A DNA stretch of 64,000 bases from a virus. The translations under genes were made by a program, and so were the position numbers. The notes below the pieces were generated by a model, which was not told the DNA's origin, did not search any database, and saw only the letters and a list, made by a program, of their open reading frames with translations. Positions 43,559-54,200 of the stretch are shown here, in pieces; the first letter of the stretch is position 1, and each line of letters opens with the position of its first letter. The stretch is taken from positions 66,654-130,653 of IMG/VR virus record IMGVR_UViG_3300030331_006142, one strand, 5' to 3'.

Positions 43559-46419
43559 TAGGTTTTTCCTTTCCCTTTCGGTGGCGTGTATTCCGTTGCA
43601 GTAGCCCCTCTAGAGGTATCATCCCTTGCTATTGTTCTAGGGTTGGTTCCTATTTCTTTTTCTCTTGCGAGGCGCTCGATAGACTTATCACTTTCTTTTG
43701 TGATAGCTGACGAGGAAACACCACCGCTGGAGTCTATCCTTACGACCCTGATGCCGGTAGGCGTACTGACTTCATATTTGACTGAGCCGTCTGAATTTGA
43801 TGTTCGACTGATTACTCCCGAAATATTTGAGGCTAAACTGTCATCATTTGGATTCATTAGATAATCATTAGCTAACGCGTCGGCAGTGGCAACAGAGAGA
43901 ACTCGGGAGCCGCTTGAGTCCCTTATGTTTTCCAAGCCTGTCCTAGTTACGCTTGACTGTGCGCTGCGTAAGCGCGGGGATGGAGTTGAAGAAATCTGGG
44001 CAACAGAATCTGGCGTAGCACTTAAAACCTGAGAAGGCGTTTCTCCCAAAACAGAATCTGCGACTGGAACAGCGCTGGTTAAACCTCCGGAAGCTCTGGC
44101 ATGGTCACCAAACGTACATTCAAGAACAGTTTCAGCTGCACCGTTGGTTATTGTAGTTACAACTCTTAATATGGTGTAGTATCCCCCAAGGCCCAGACGG
44201 TAAGAAGGCGAAGCTTTATCCGAGGGGCTGCCAAACCCTATACTACTTGGGTTCACGAATATTCTTGCCCCAGGCACGAACAAATTGTTTCCAAACATTG
44301 TTATAGTCGCGTTATATGGCACCTTTAGTTCATCATATAGTCCAACCTGATTAGTCATAAGCTGTTCTCTTGCGTATGGCACGTCAAAGCGACTAAAATT
44401 AATTTCTTTTATTAGTCCCCTGTTTTTACCTATAAGGAAATGATATATACCCGCTTTTATGTCTTCCCACTGGAGGCCTCGACGTCCTGAGCTGTTTTGC
44501 TTATCGGGACTCTGATAAATAAACAAGTAATCACATTCATCATCGATTCTTAATGGCTCTTTATCCCTTAATGGTGCTGGCATTTTCTCTATATTTACCT
44601 TCACATTATTGCTTATCTCTCCCCTGAGGTGGGTTGCTGAAAAGGTCGAAGAAGTAAAGACAGGCCTGGTTTTAAGTATTCTAGGTGCAATGTCAGAAGT
44701 GGCCCAATAAGACTCTCCGAACGCCTTGGGAAGAAGTTCTTGATGGCAATCTTTTAAAAACTCACTAAGAGTGTAGGTGCTTCTATCTTTTGTGTATATC
44801 TTATCATACATATACTTTTGGTACAATTCAAGAGATATTGGAACGTCAGCAATGTTTACTGTTGTGGCACCCACGTCTCCGTTGGGGCCGCCGCCTTCGG
44901 GCTTGACATACTTATAAGTTACGTTTGATAGCATAACTCTATACCTAGTTAAATTTAACCTGCTTTCTTCCAAAACTTTTATTATTTTATCTCTTTCTTT
45001 CTGTGTTTTCTTTTTAAGCTTTTCGTAAAAATGGTGTTCAATTGTAAGATGTGTAGGCAAATTATTTCCTGCTGCGGCCCTTCTCACTATCTCTATAGAC
45101 TCGTTAAGAGTCTGAACATATCTTTCAAAAAAGCTTTCTACTAAATCACCAAAAAATATATAATGAATCTCTCTTTTAGAGTTGTCGAAAGCGTTTAGGC
45201 GTTCCTGAAGAGTTTTTCCCTGCTTCAGCAGTCTGATTGTTTGTTCGGCTGTTTTTGTAGGTGTCTTCTTGGCTCTTTTTATTTCGGTCGTAGTCAAAGT
45301 CGACCAGTTTTTCATGTATAGGAGCTGTTCTTTCGTTAGGTGAAATGTACTGAATTTTTCCATCTCTTTTGGAGATACAGTTACTGATAACAATTTGCCT
45401 CTAGACTCTGCATATGCTAGTATTGCGCCGGCCTCTGATGCTTTTGCCGACTGCGTTCTCTGTAGTTCTGCTTCAGACTCTGCGGATGCATTGCTTGGAA
45501 CTTGACTAGGCGAAGACTCCTTTTTACTATCGTCTGCTAAGGTTCTAATGTCTGCTTCTCTTATTACCTCTTCAACAGAGGAGACTACACTGTATATGCT
45601 GCTTCTTATTGTGTTCACCCTAGCAGTATAATCTATAGAGATAGTTGCAGTGCCGTCTTGGTTAACATTTATAGAATGATTGAATACATTCATTCTCAGC
45701 GTCTGGCGGGTTGCTATAATTTCATCAATTTCTTCTTGTGTAAAAATATCCCTTCTATCATCGGATATCGTATAACCTAAAGTTGCCTCTATCTCTATGG
45801 GTCTGGCTAGCTCATTGCCAGTCACTGGTACACCCCCCACAGAGGATTTCGTATTTGTCTGGCCTGCAATGGACAAAGTAAACAAATCTGCCAGGGGCGC
45901 ATAGCCTGGAGGGGGGTTGAAAATATTATCTAGCTGGTCTACAAAAATTTCTAAATTTGCAGTTAAATATTTCGGTGCAGTGAAGGGGTCTGTGCCTTCT
46001 GTCTTTACAGAAAAGGTGCGGACACCCACAGCGCCGGCAGTTTTGCCCTTGGCGCTTGCTGCTCTGTATTCTGAATTAAAATCGGAAGTTATTGGCAGAT
46101 AAAAAGGCTGGAACCGACCAGTTCCGCCAAAAACCTTCCTAAATCTCAGCTCTGGGACGAGTGCCGTAATTTTCTGAGTTTCCAAATTAAATAAATGCGG
46201 ATATATCGCGGGCTTTCCAGAGCGCTTGGGCGTGGCGGCGATAGAAATAAGATTTTCAGGTGTGTACTTTCCTAACAGCTTATGAACTTTGGTCTTCTTT
46301 CCCCGAGGGTCGACTTTCGAAGACTTAATTGCATCAGGCTGGTGAGACAGCAAATATATCAGCATCGCTTGGGGGTGAAAGCTGTTTAAGGTTGGCTTTG
46401 GTCTTTTAGTTAAAGTCAA
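43558..46419 (-). CDS. putative baseplate hub/tail protein
   Basis: YNATITMFGNNLFVPG...GGYYTILRV hub-like C-terminal motif; follows the LysM-like gene. Confidence 0.55.
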   Translation of the reverse strand: MTLTKRPKPTLNSFHPQAMLIYLLSHQPDAIKSSKVDPRGKKTKVHKLLGKYTPENLISIAATPKRSGKPAIYPHLFNLETQKITALVPELRFRKVFGGTGRFQPFYLPITSDFNSEYRAASAKGKTAGAVGVRTFSVKTEGTDPFTAPKYLTANLEIFVDQLDNIFNPPPGYAPLADLFTLSIAGQTNTKSSVGGVPVTGNELARPIEIEATLGYTISDDRRDIFTQEEIDEIIATRQTLRMNVFNHSINVNQDGTATISIDYTARVNTIRSSIYSVVSSVEEVIREADIRTLADDSKKESSPSQVPSNASAESEAELQRTQSAKASEAGAILAYAESRGKLLSVTVSPKEMEKFSTFHLTKEQLLYMKNWSTLTTTEIKRAKKTPTKTAEQTIRLLKQGKTLQERLNAFDNSKREIHYIFFGDLVESFFERYVQTLNESIEIVRRAAAGNNLPTHLTIEHHFYEKLKKKTQKERDKIIKVLEESRLNLTRYRVMLSNVTYKYVKPEGGGPNGDVGATTVNIADVPISLELYQKYMYDKIYTKDRSTYTLSEFLKDCHQELLPKAFGESYWATSDIAPRILKTRPVFTSSTFSATHLRGEISNNVKVNIEKMPAPLRDKEPLRIDDECDYLFIYQSPDKQNSSGRRGLQWEDIKAGIYHFLIGKNRGLIKEINFSRFDVPYAREQLMTNQVGLYDELKVPYNATITMFGNNLFVPGARIFVNPSSIGFGSPSDKASPSYRLGLGGYYTILRVVTTITNGAAETVLECTFGDHARASGGLTSAVPVADSVLGETPSQVLSATPDSVAQISSTPSPRLRSAQSSVTRTGLENIRDSSGSRVLSVATADALANDYLMNPNDDSLASNISGVISRTSNSDGSVKYEVSTPTGIRVVRIDSSGGVSSSAITKESDKSIERLAREKEIGTNPRTIARDDTSRGATATEYTPPKGKGKT

Positions 46420-46427
46420 TTTGCATC

Positions 46428-46775
46428 TTACCTTTCACGAGTGGCTATAGAGAGCATCTTGTCGACAGGGAAGGGTATGTACACAGTATCCCCGATTTTA
46501 AAGTGTAAATCTGTTGGCTTTTTATTATACCAAGCTATAACCCACCAATAATCTGGATTTCCATAGTATTTATCTGCCAATTTATACAGCTTTGTCCCTA
46601 TCTCGAAAACTTCTCTTTTCTCAAACAGCCCGTCCAGCCTATCCTCTTCTGTTATAGCATTGTATGGCATTTTTGTTAAGATTTTCACTTTTTCAACAAA
46701 TCTTCTATCGTGTATGCTTTCTCTCATCTTAGAATCATTTATAACTATGTCTCTATAGTCGTTCCTATTTGGCAT
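46428..46775 (-). CDS. baseplate wedge / LysM-like (gp53/tail X-type) protein
   Basis: LYKLADKYYGNPDYWWVIAWYN...GDTVYIP. Confidence 0.75.
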   Translation of the reverse strand: MPNRNDYRDIVINDSKMRESIHDRRFVEKVKILTKMPYNAITEEDRLDGLFEKREVFEIGTKLYKLADKYYGNPDYWWVIAWYNKKPTDLHFKIGDTVYIPFPVDKMLSIATRER

Positions 46776-46799
46776 TTCAGGGCTTCTCCTTTTTTGTCA

Positions 46800-47468
46800 C
46801 TATCTTCCATTCAATAAATCGTCCGCGGTGGTGGGCGAGACGGTGGTCGCGGGTCCAGTTCTGCGATTATTTGTGTCCGAGCCGTATGGAAATCTATCTG
46901 TTATAAAGTTTTTATCTGCACTACTCCAACCAAGCTCCTGTTCGTGCTGTGGTGTGAAGTTAAGGTCTATGTTAAACTCTTTTGGGTATAAGTTTCCGCT
47001 TTTCTCATCAAAAAAGCCCATTTCCTTGTTCGGATTAAGAGATACGCCGTCGATGCAGCCCAAAAGTCCACCGCCAAGTGGTGTAGTTATGAAATTTACA
47101 AATTTTATCCTCACAAGTGGTGGGCCCTGGATTGTTCTTCCAGAATTAAATCCTTTGGCTAATTTTTCACTGTATACAGGATACAGCATTTTTGTTAAAA
47201 TTGCAAATTTATCAAGATTCTCTTTTGCCGACCTAAAATTTGGAGATAAGACCGAAAATCCAATCTTTATCGTTCGGGCGGTCGCAGAGTATGGTTTAAC
47301 TGGGTCGTTTCTTCCATAAATTTGCTCGGTTCCCCACGTAACTGAGTAGCTATCTTGAAAATCCGTGAGAAATGCTGGAAATTCAACCACTGATGCAGTT
47401 GCTACATGGGTTATTCTTATAATTTGATTTTTAGCTTTTGCTATTTTTCCAAAGTCTGTGTAAGACAT
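46800..47468 (-). CDS. tail tube initiator / baseplate protein
   Basis: W..EQIYGRNDPV, MLYPVY, PPLVRI; lies after the tape measure. Confidence 0.6.
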   Translation of the reverse strand: MSYTDFGKIAKAKNQIIRITHVATASVVEFPAFLTDFQDSYSVTWGTEQIYGRNDPVKPYSATARTIKIGFSVLSPNFRSAKENLDKFAILTKMLYPVYSEKLAKGFNSGRTIQGPPLVRIKFVNFITTPLGGGLLGCIDGVSLNPNKEMGFFDEKSGNLYPKEFNIDLNFTPQHEQELGWSSADKNFITDRFPYGSDTNNRRTGPATTVSPTTADDLLNGR

Positions 47469-47497
47469 AAAATATGCTCTCCCATATATGTATTATA

Positions 47498-49309
47498 TTA
47501 AGCGCCCATCAAATTCATTTTTAGTTCCGTGTCGGCGCCAAATAGACTGCGATGCCGAGTTTTGCCCATGCTGGCGAGCTTGCTGAGGAAATTTTCAGTA
47601 GCCTCCTTATCAAGTTCAACGCTAACCTTAGTCGCTTTTACCTTTGTTTCGCCCTGAGCCACAAATGTAGGGCTTCTTGTTATAACTTTGGCCTGTGGTC
47701 CAATATCACTGGTGGGGCGCGGCGGCTGCTTGACCGGCGTTGGGTTGTTTCTTCCTGTTGGTGCTGGCATGCCCGGGCGTGGGACGATGACCGACTCTCG
47801 AAGAAACGCGCGCGACAATTTGGCGGCGCCGCCGACCGCGACGGGCGACAATACTTTTTTAATACCGCCACCCACCGCGTCCTTGATTCTCTCGAAAGTG
47901 CCCCCAGAGACCTTATTCCCATCTTTATCTTCCCCGGTGAAGATGCCCGCGACGTCTTCAGCCACGCCCGGGCCACTGATGGTCGCCAAGAAAGCGCCGG
48001 ACTTATCTAAACTCAATTGTAGTTTTTGGCCGTAGTCTATTCCAAGACGCGGGTCCATCCCCAAGTCCTGAAACTGCTGATTTTCTCCAAACCTTCTCCC
48101 TTCCAGAAACCCGACGGCTGAGCGAGTGGCTTCTGATGTTCTCCCTCTTGCAACTCGAACTAACTCCTCCAAAGGATACCGAAAAGAGCGCAGACTTTTT
48201 TCTAAATCCTCAAAAGCATCTCGGGTTTGCATTACCGCTTCGTTAGCCTTCTTTTGTTCAAATTGAGCCATGTCTTGTCTGTTTACTTTATCCATACCTA
48301 CACCGCCGGCCTTGAGCTGGCCAGTGCGGAGGAACCTACGTGCCTCCTCTGGTGTCATGTTTAAAGTGGATGCCACTGCTTTTAATTCGAATTTTCCAAT
48401 GTTTTCCAGGCGACCGCCCATTCTGGCCTGCAGTTGTTCCCTAACTCTTTTTGCGCGGGTTGCCTCGTCCATGGATAACAGCTCTACACTATTGAAAACA
48501 GAGTCTCCTAGTATTTGATTTAACCTTCCGGCCATTTGGGCAGAGCCCTCAAAAGTATCCAAAGAATCGCCAAAAGAACCAGCAAGCTTGCTAAAGTCCA
48601 AGCCTGTTTGTCGCGACATCTTCGAAAGCTTCGCAAAATTTTCCATTATCTTTCCGGCGCTGTAAGCAAAGTTCTTTTGCGCATATTCAAAATTTGCGGT
48701 TAATTCTTGTGGCGCAATTGCTAAGTTTTGCTGCAAAGTTACCAACTGGTTGGACATTTGGTTTATTTGTTCTGAGCCTGCATTGAACGCGAAGACGCTA
48801 CTATCTACAACCCTCCCGAAGCTAGCCATATCGTAGCCTGCTGCGGCGAGTTTTGTGCTAATATCAGTCAAACCGGACCTAAATTGTTTAGAAACAAGGC
48901 CGAAACCCTTAAAATCTTTTTTGAGTCCCGATAGAGCCAGTTGAGCTGCCTCTAAATTTCCGGTAAGTCGGAGGCTGGTCTCGATGGCCGAATCTATTTC
49001 AGAGCTAAAGTCTTGGAACTGCCTTGTATATCCTGCCTTAGTGAACTCTTCTAGTTCTGCCCTGTATAATCTTGCGGACTCTGTCACTCTTTGGTAGGTA
49101 TCAAGATTTTTATCTAAACCAAAAGTTATTTTGGTTAATTCTTTAAGCATTTCATCGACGCCCTTGATTACAGGCGCTGAGACTGCGCCGGCGACGGCTT
49201 CGGTTTTGCCGCTGCCGGGCTTTTCAACAATCTTTTTAGCTAGCTTTTTAGCGGCGGCCTTCTCCATGCCGGCATCAATAAGTGCTTTTTCGATTTCCCT
49301 CTGATTCAT
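47498..49309 (-). CDS. tape-measure-like protein
   Basis: Helical Ala/Leu-rich, DTFEGSAQMAGRLNQILG; lies after the tail chaperone. Confidence 0.6.
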   Translation of the reverse strand: MNQREIEKALIDAGMEKAAAKKLAKKIVEKPGSGKTEAVAGAVSAPVIKGVDEMLKELTKITFGLDKNLDTYQRVTESARLYRAELEEFTKAGYTRQFQDFSSEIDSAIETSLRLTGNLEAAQLALSGLKKDFKGFGLVSKQFRSGLTDISTKLAAAGYDMASFGRVVDSSVFAFNAGSEQINQMSNQLVTLQQNLAIAPQELTANFEYAQKNFAYSAGKIMENFAKLSKMSRQTGLDFSKLAGSFGDSLDTFEGSAQMAGRLNQILGDSVFNSVELLSMDEATRAKRVREQLQARMGGRLENIGKFELKAVASTLNMTPEEARRFLRTGQLKAGGVGMDKVNRQDMAQFEQKKANEAVMQTRDAFEDLEKSLRSFRYPLEELVRVARGRTSEATRSAVGFLEGRRFGENQQFQDLGMDPRLGIDYGQKLQLSLDKSGAFLATISGPGVAEDVAGIFTGEDKDGNKVSGGTFERIKDAVGGGIKKVLSPVAVGGAAKLSRAFLRESVIVPRPGMPAPTGRNNPTPVKQPPRPTSDIGPQAKVITRSPTFVAQGETKVKATKVSVELDKEATENFLSKLASMGKTRHRSLFGADTELKMNLMGA

Positions 49310-49392
49310 TTATCTTTAGCCTCCGTAAAACAAAAGAGTAATTGCTCCAGTATACTTTATAATTAGGCGAGAAACTATATATTTTAAAAGTT

Positions 49393-49557
49393 TTAACTAT
49401 TCTGGTCTTGGTAGTGTTTTGCGATTCTGTTTAAAAACCACTTTCTTAGACCAACTGGTAAGTTGTAGGATTCGGTAAAAGAAAATTCACCAAATTTCAT
49501 AAGAGAAAAAATCTCCTCATAAACGACCTGTTCTTGGTACTCTTCACTCAGCCCAAA
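49393..49557 (-). CDS. gp51-like / frameshift-extension segment of the tail chaperone
   Basis: +1 frame relative to upstream ORF: FGLSEEYQEQVVYEEIFSLMKFGEFSFTESYNLPVGLRKWFLNRI...*; absent from ORF track. Confidence 0.6.
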   Translation of the reverse strand, partial: FGLSEEYQEQVVYEEIFSLMKFGEFSFTESYNLPVGLRKWFLNRIAKHYQDQNS

Positions 49558-50440
49558 ACCAGCCCAATGAAAAGGGCACCTCCTTTTCCGCTATAGCGTG
49601 ACAAGATGGGCATTCTACTGTTTGTTTTGTTTCCATTGATGGCATGACTTTGTTATGTATCGACCTTATTTTCCTGACATCTCTAGCGGGTAAAACTTCT
49701 GCAAGTTTGTTTAAGTTCGTTAGGTCTACAATGCCGGCGGCTTCAACTAGAACCATTCGAATAAACTCCACACTATCAATAAAAGGCAATCCAAGCTTTT
49801 CTTTTTGCTTTTTTGCCTGGTCTAGAGTCAACAAGTCTCTTGGTGAAAGAAGCCTTATCTTAACAGGTAGTCCTGTAATTGGAAGTTTGAAAGAAAAGGT
49901 GTTGCTCTGCTCTGAGTACTCCCACTCCTCCGATGTCGAAGGCTTGGTCGATGCGTTCTTGTTATCTTCTAAAATCTTTGATAAGCTCGCTTTAAAGTCC
50001 ACAACTTCATCACAAGAATCGCAAGAAGTCGTGAATTCAACTTCGTCCCCGTACCCGGTTTTTCGGGCAGACATTAATATAGCCATCTTGTCGCATTCTA
50101 AAAAATCTTTTGCTTTTGCATCAGTCCCAATGATTATTGAATCTATAAGCTTATCAAAAACAGTGCCCTGCTCAACATAACTTCTATTTGTAAGTATATC
50201 TTCCTCAACTGCAGTGAGAGCTTTGACTTCTATAGACTCTACGCCATGTAGTGGGCTCTCTTCGTTATAAAGAAGCCCGCAACTAGGCAAAAAAACAGTC
50301 TCTGTCGACACAACAAAAGACAACCCAAATGGGTTTTGTTCTACAAAATTTGGCGGTATTCCAGGATTCGACGGTGCAGGCGCCTGGGGGGCCTGAGTTT
50401 TGACTTCTTGCGCTGAAGTTCTTTTTGAATTTCTTGACAT
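49544..50440 (-). CDS. T4 gp26-like baseplate hub / tail assembly chaperone
   Basis: LPSCG..Y, EEDIL, ARKTGYG, two CxxC motifs, terminal WFW. Confidence 0.75.
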   Translation of the reverse strand: MSRNSKRTSAQEVKTQAPQAPAPSNPGIPPNFVEQNPFGLSFVVSTETVFLPSCGLLYNEESPLHGVESIEVKALTAVEEDILTNRSYVEQGTVFDKLIDSIIIGTDAKAKDFLECDKMAILMSARKTGYGDEVEFTTSCDSCDEVVDFKASLSKILEDNKNASTKPSTSEEWEYSEQSNTFSFKLPITGLPVKIRLLSPRDLLTLDQAKKQKEKLGLPFIDSVEFIRMVLVEAAGIVDLTNLNKLAEVLPARDVRKIRSIHNKVMPSMETKQTVECPSCHAIAEKEVPFSLGWFWAE

Positions 50441-50504
50441 ATATCCTCTTTTAACTAAAAACTAAAATTATAAACTAAATGTGCCGGAGACTTTATAATC
50501 CGCC

Positions 50505-51161
50505 TCAGCCATCATTATCCCCACCATAGTTACCTGGTCTCACCGTGGACGGGAATTCGGCCCGAGCGTCGGCTTGGGCGTTGACGTTCCAAATGCGTCC
50601 AGCAGGGCCCCCAGTGCTTGGAATCGCATCTGCAGCGGCTAGCGGGACGAGCTCTTCAATATAAGCAAAATCGTACTTTAAGTTGATTGTGATGTTCAGC
50701 AATTCATCACTTCCATAATCCAGGTCCCCAAAATCAACACTCGTTATTAGTGGATTTTTAAGAACCCAAGTTTCCAAAGCCTTTGTAGGGTCGCCATCTG
50801 CCCCGAGTTGCTTTATCTTTATTTCGCCTCCCAGTGCATCAACCATACCTTCTTTGGAAATTGTTCTTGCTGTGGCTTCAGCATAGTTTGTTGGTATAAC
50901 ATATCCAGAATTTTCCAATATTCGATACAAGCTCATTGTTGAGTCCGGTGCGACAGGGTCGACAATAGTAATGCTAACGTCCTGCCATGTTACGCGGCCG
51001 GGATAGTTGAATTCATAGTTTAAATACTGGTGTGGTGTTGTTGCCACGTCATAGCTTGGCTTTTTCACGCTTTTTACAACAAACTGCGGACATCCAGTCC
51101 AGAAAAGAAGCCATCTAAACTGCCTCTTTGGTTCTACTGATTTTTGACTCCAAAATGCCAT
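50505..51161 (-). CDS. tail tube protein (gp19-like)
   Basis: EPKRQFRW, PGRVTW..V.ITIVDPV, VDFGDLDY, LKYD; follows the sheath. Confidence 0.82.
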   Translation of the reverse strand: MAFWSQKSVEPKRQFRWLLFWTGCPQFVVKSVKKPSYDVATTPHQYLNYEFNYPGRVTWQDVSITIVDPVAPDSTMSLYRILENSGYVIPTNYAEATARTISKEGMVDALGGEIKIKQLGADGDPTKALETWVLKNPLITSVDFGDLDYGSDELLNITINLKYDFAYIEELVPLAAADAIPSTGGPAGRIWNVNAQADARAEFPSTVRPGNYGGDNDG

Positions 51162-51212
51162 TATTTTATGTCTCCCTATTAATATATAGATTATATTAAA
51201 ATATTTTATTTA

Positions 51213-54200
51213 TTAATCGCTGTATCCTGCCCCAGTTCTTGTTATAACAAAATCAATTGCAATGAACTCAATCGAGCGCGCTGGCTTGAGGAATATCTTA
51301 GCATACATTATGTTTCTGTCAATAAGGTCAGGGGTGGTAGTTGTGCCGTCAAGGACAACCTTAAAATCTGTTAAGCCAAACTCCGTTTTAACATCTTCCA
51401 AGAACGGTACCACCTGTCCGGTAAATCGCGCCCAGGTTGCTGGAACATTCTGGTCAAACAAAAGTTGACTCGAAATTCTTGAAATCCTCTTTTTAACAAA
51501 AATTAACATTCTTCTTACATTAATTCTATCTAAAGCTGACTGTGTCAACTGTAAGGTCTTTTGACCGAAAATGACTAACCCTTCCGACACAAACGAAGCA
51601 ATAGGATTAATATTAGCCTCATAAAGAACATCTCGGTCTCTTGATAGCAAGTGTTCTGAAACTCCTTCGACTGTCAAGCCCACAACTTCGTTAGTTAAGC
51701 CGCCCCTTGTAAAGCCGGCTGGGGCGAACCATGGCTTCTTTGTGGCGTCAGTATATGCCATTGCTCCAAGGGCAATAACTGATGGCGGAAGCCATACAGC
51801 TGGTCCGTTATTCGGGTCTCTAACTTTAACCCATGGGTAATATGCACACCCATAACTTGAGTTTATTTGTCTTTCAGTGAGGGCAATGGCCGCTTTTCTA
51901 GCACTGGATTGGTCAACTCGGTCCTTGAAACTAGTACACTCTTCTTGTGCTGGCGGTATATAGACATTTGGAAGGTCTATAATTGCTAAAGAATCCGCTC
52001 TTGCTTCGCAAACCCTAACAAGTCTCTCTGTGAGCGTCTTGTTGGTTATACCTGGCATTAGTGCCAGCTGATGTTCGACAATTTCTGGGTCGGATATCAT
52101 ATCGATTGCTCTCTCAACGCTAGCGTATGCATAGCTTGATTGGGCTGTGGCGTCGGGCCCGAGAGCGTCGGCACTCATGTTGAATGGGTCCATTTCCGTA
52201 ATGTCCACTCCGTCAAAGCCTCCGCACATTGGGATTCTAAAGCTATTAACTAGGTCTGTGAGCGACGTTGGAGAGCCCTGGTCGAGCGAGGTATATGCTT
52301 GGCCCGGGCGGACACCGCCAGCAAAATTAACTATGGCTAGTTTTCCATTTGCATCGTCTGTTTCCGTAAAGTTTCCGTTTCCGCCGGCGTTATTTCCTGA
52401 CGTGCCTCTTGTTTTTTGCGTAATAGTAACAACGTTATTTACAGCCGTTGCAGTGATACCGATAGCTGCTTGAACTGGATTTGTGCCAATTACAGTTGCT
52501 ATTTTTGCAGCGACGGCGTTGGCCGCGGCCTGGCGCTCGGCTGCGTCGGCACTATTAAGACCGGCTTGCTCTGCAGCAACACCAACTATAAATCGGTCAC
52601 CAGGGTTCGTACTGCCGTCGACAGTGTTTATAGCTGTCTTAAAAATAAACGACTTTGTAGTTCCAGCAGCATCAGTTATGTCAAAACGACTGTCACTAGA
52701 CATTGACGCACGATTTGTGTTGATTGTTAAAGTAGCAGTTGCAGCTGGTGAAAGATGAGAATCTTCTCTGTGGTATACTGCAGTTCGGTCGGGCCATTCG
52801 ACCAGGTTTACAGCTGGTACGGCTGATGAGCCCGTAACGACTATTTGGTCCAAACTAAAAACATATGAATGTTTTGTATTTGCATCTGCTATGCCATTAC
52901 CCTGAGGAGTCAGGAAATCACTTTCTGGCATTCTTCTATAATAGTCACAGGAGCCTTTCAAGACTGGATTTTCGTTCAGCTCAACGTCGCCGCGGCCAAT
53001 AGGATATGGTGTGCCTCCGAAAGGATTAAAAGTATCTGCGCCGCCAGGCACTTGCGAACCAGTTATAACCTGCGGTAAGGTTGGCCATTCGACTGTGAAA
53101 GTCGTTGGTGCCAGCTCACCGGCGCCTGGTCTGTAATTAGATAAATCAACTTTGCCGTTAATCCAGGTAGACATTGTATACTCGCCATTCGACCCGGAGG
53201 CTGCAGCGTGGTCTTTAGGGACCACTGGTCCTAAGAAACCAAACGGAACTGCACGAATGTTTTCTAAGTCACCTTCCGCTACTTCTGTCGACATGTCCAC
53301 TCTGATATAAGGGTTTGTATTATTGTAGCTATTGTAAGAGCGGTTGACCTTTGCGGCAGAATCCCACTCAAAATATCTGTCTCCTATAACTCTTGCAATA
53401 TATCTGCTTGATTTTGGATTTAAATTTAAGTTATCCCACCTTTCTTGAAGACGAGGGAGCCCTTCGCCTACAGGTAAATAATATACCGCTAGCGAGAAAG
53501 TCCCATACGGGTCAGGGTCGCCCTGGAACTTAATCTTAATATTTTCAATTTGGACGTATTGAGAGTTTCCTTGCTCTCCGTCTTGTAAACTAATAATTCT
53601 AAATAACTTTTGGGCCTTTAAGGGGTCATAAGTACTACTGTCTCCAGTGTGCTGGCCTATTACCCATCCAGACTTCGCTGGGGACAACTGATGTTTAGTG
53701 CTTTTAAAATCTTCAAAATTCTCGGAGAGTTTTGCCACAAAAACAAACTGGGTGGTGGTAGTCTGCTTGCCTGCTCTGGCCTGCTCTTGTCGTAATGATT
53801 GGACGTAAGAATTATCAAAAGTTTCTCCTAGCCAATAAGATTCGGCCAAAGAGCCTGATGGTGGGCTTTTAATTCTAGTGTTTGTTTGTACCGGATTCGT
53901 ATTCAGCTTGTTTCTAATATACAGGTTCTTATCTTGTTCAATAAATGATACTAACTGGGTTCGTTGACCCAAAGAGTTAGAAATATTCAACCCAAAAGAA
54001 TGCGGGTTTTGCACTTCGCCCATGAGTCCTGAACCTATTTTTACTGGGATGCTGGCATTGGTCGATGCGCTGACCAAGCAGGCTTCGGCTGTTACCACTT
54101 GGTTGTTACCGTCTTTGCCGTACACACCAACAGAGAATTTTTCATCTGGAGAATAAATCGTACCTGCGAGGAAAGCTTTTGCTGTGGTGGCGCTAGAGGT

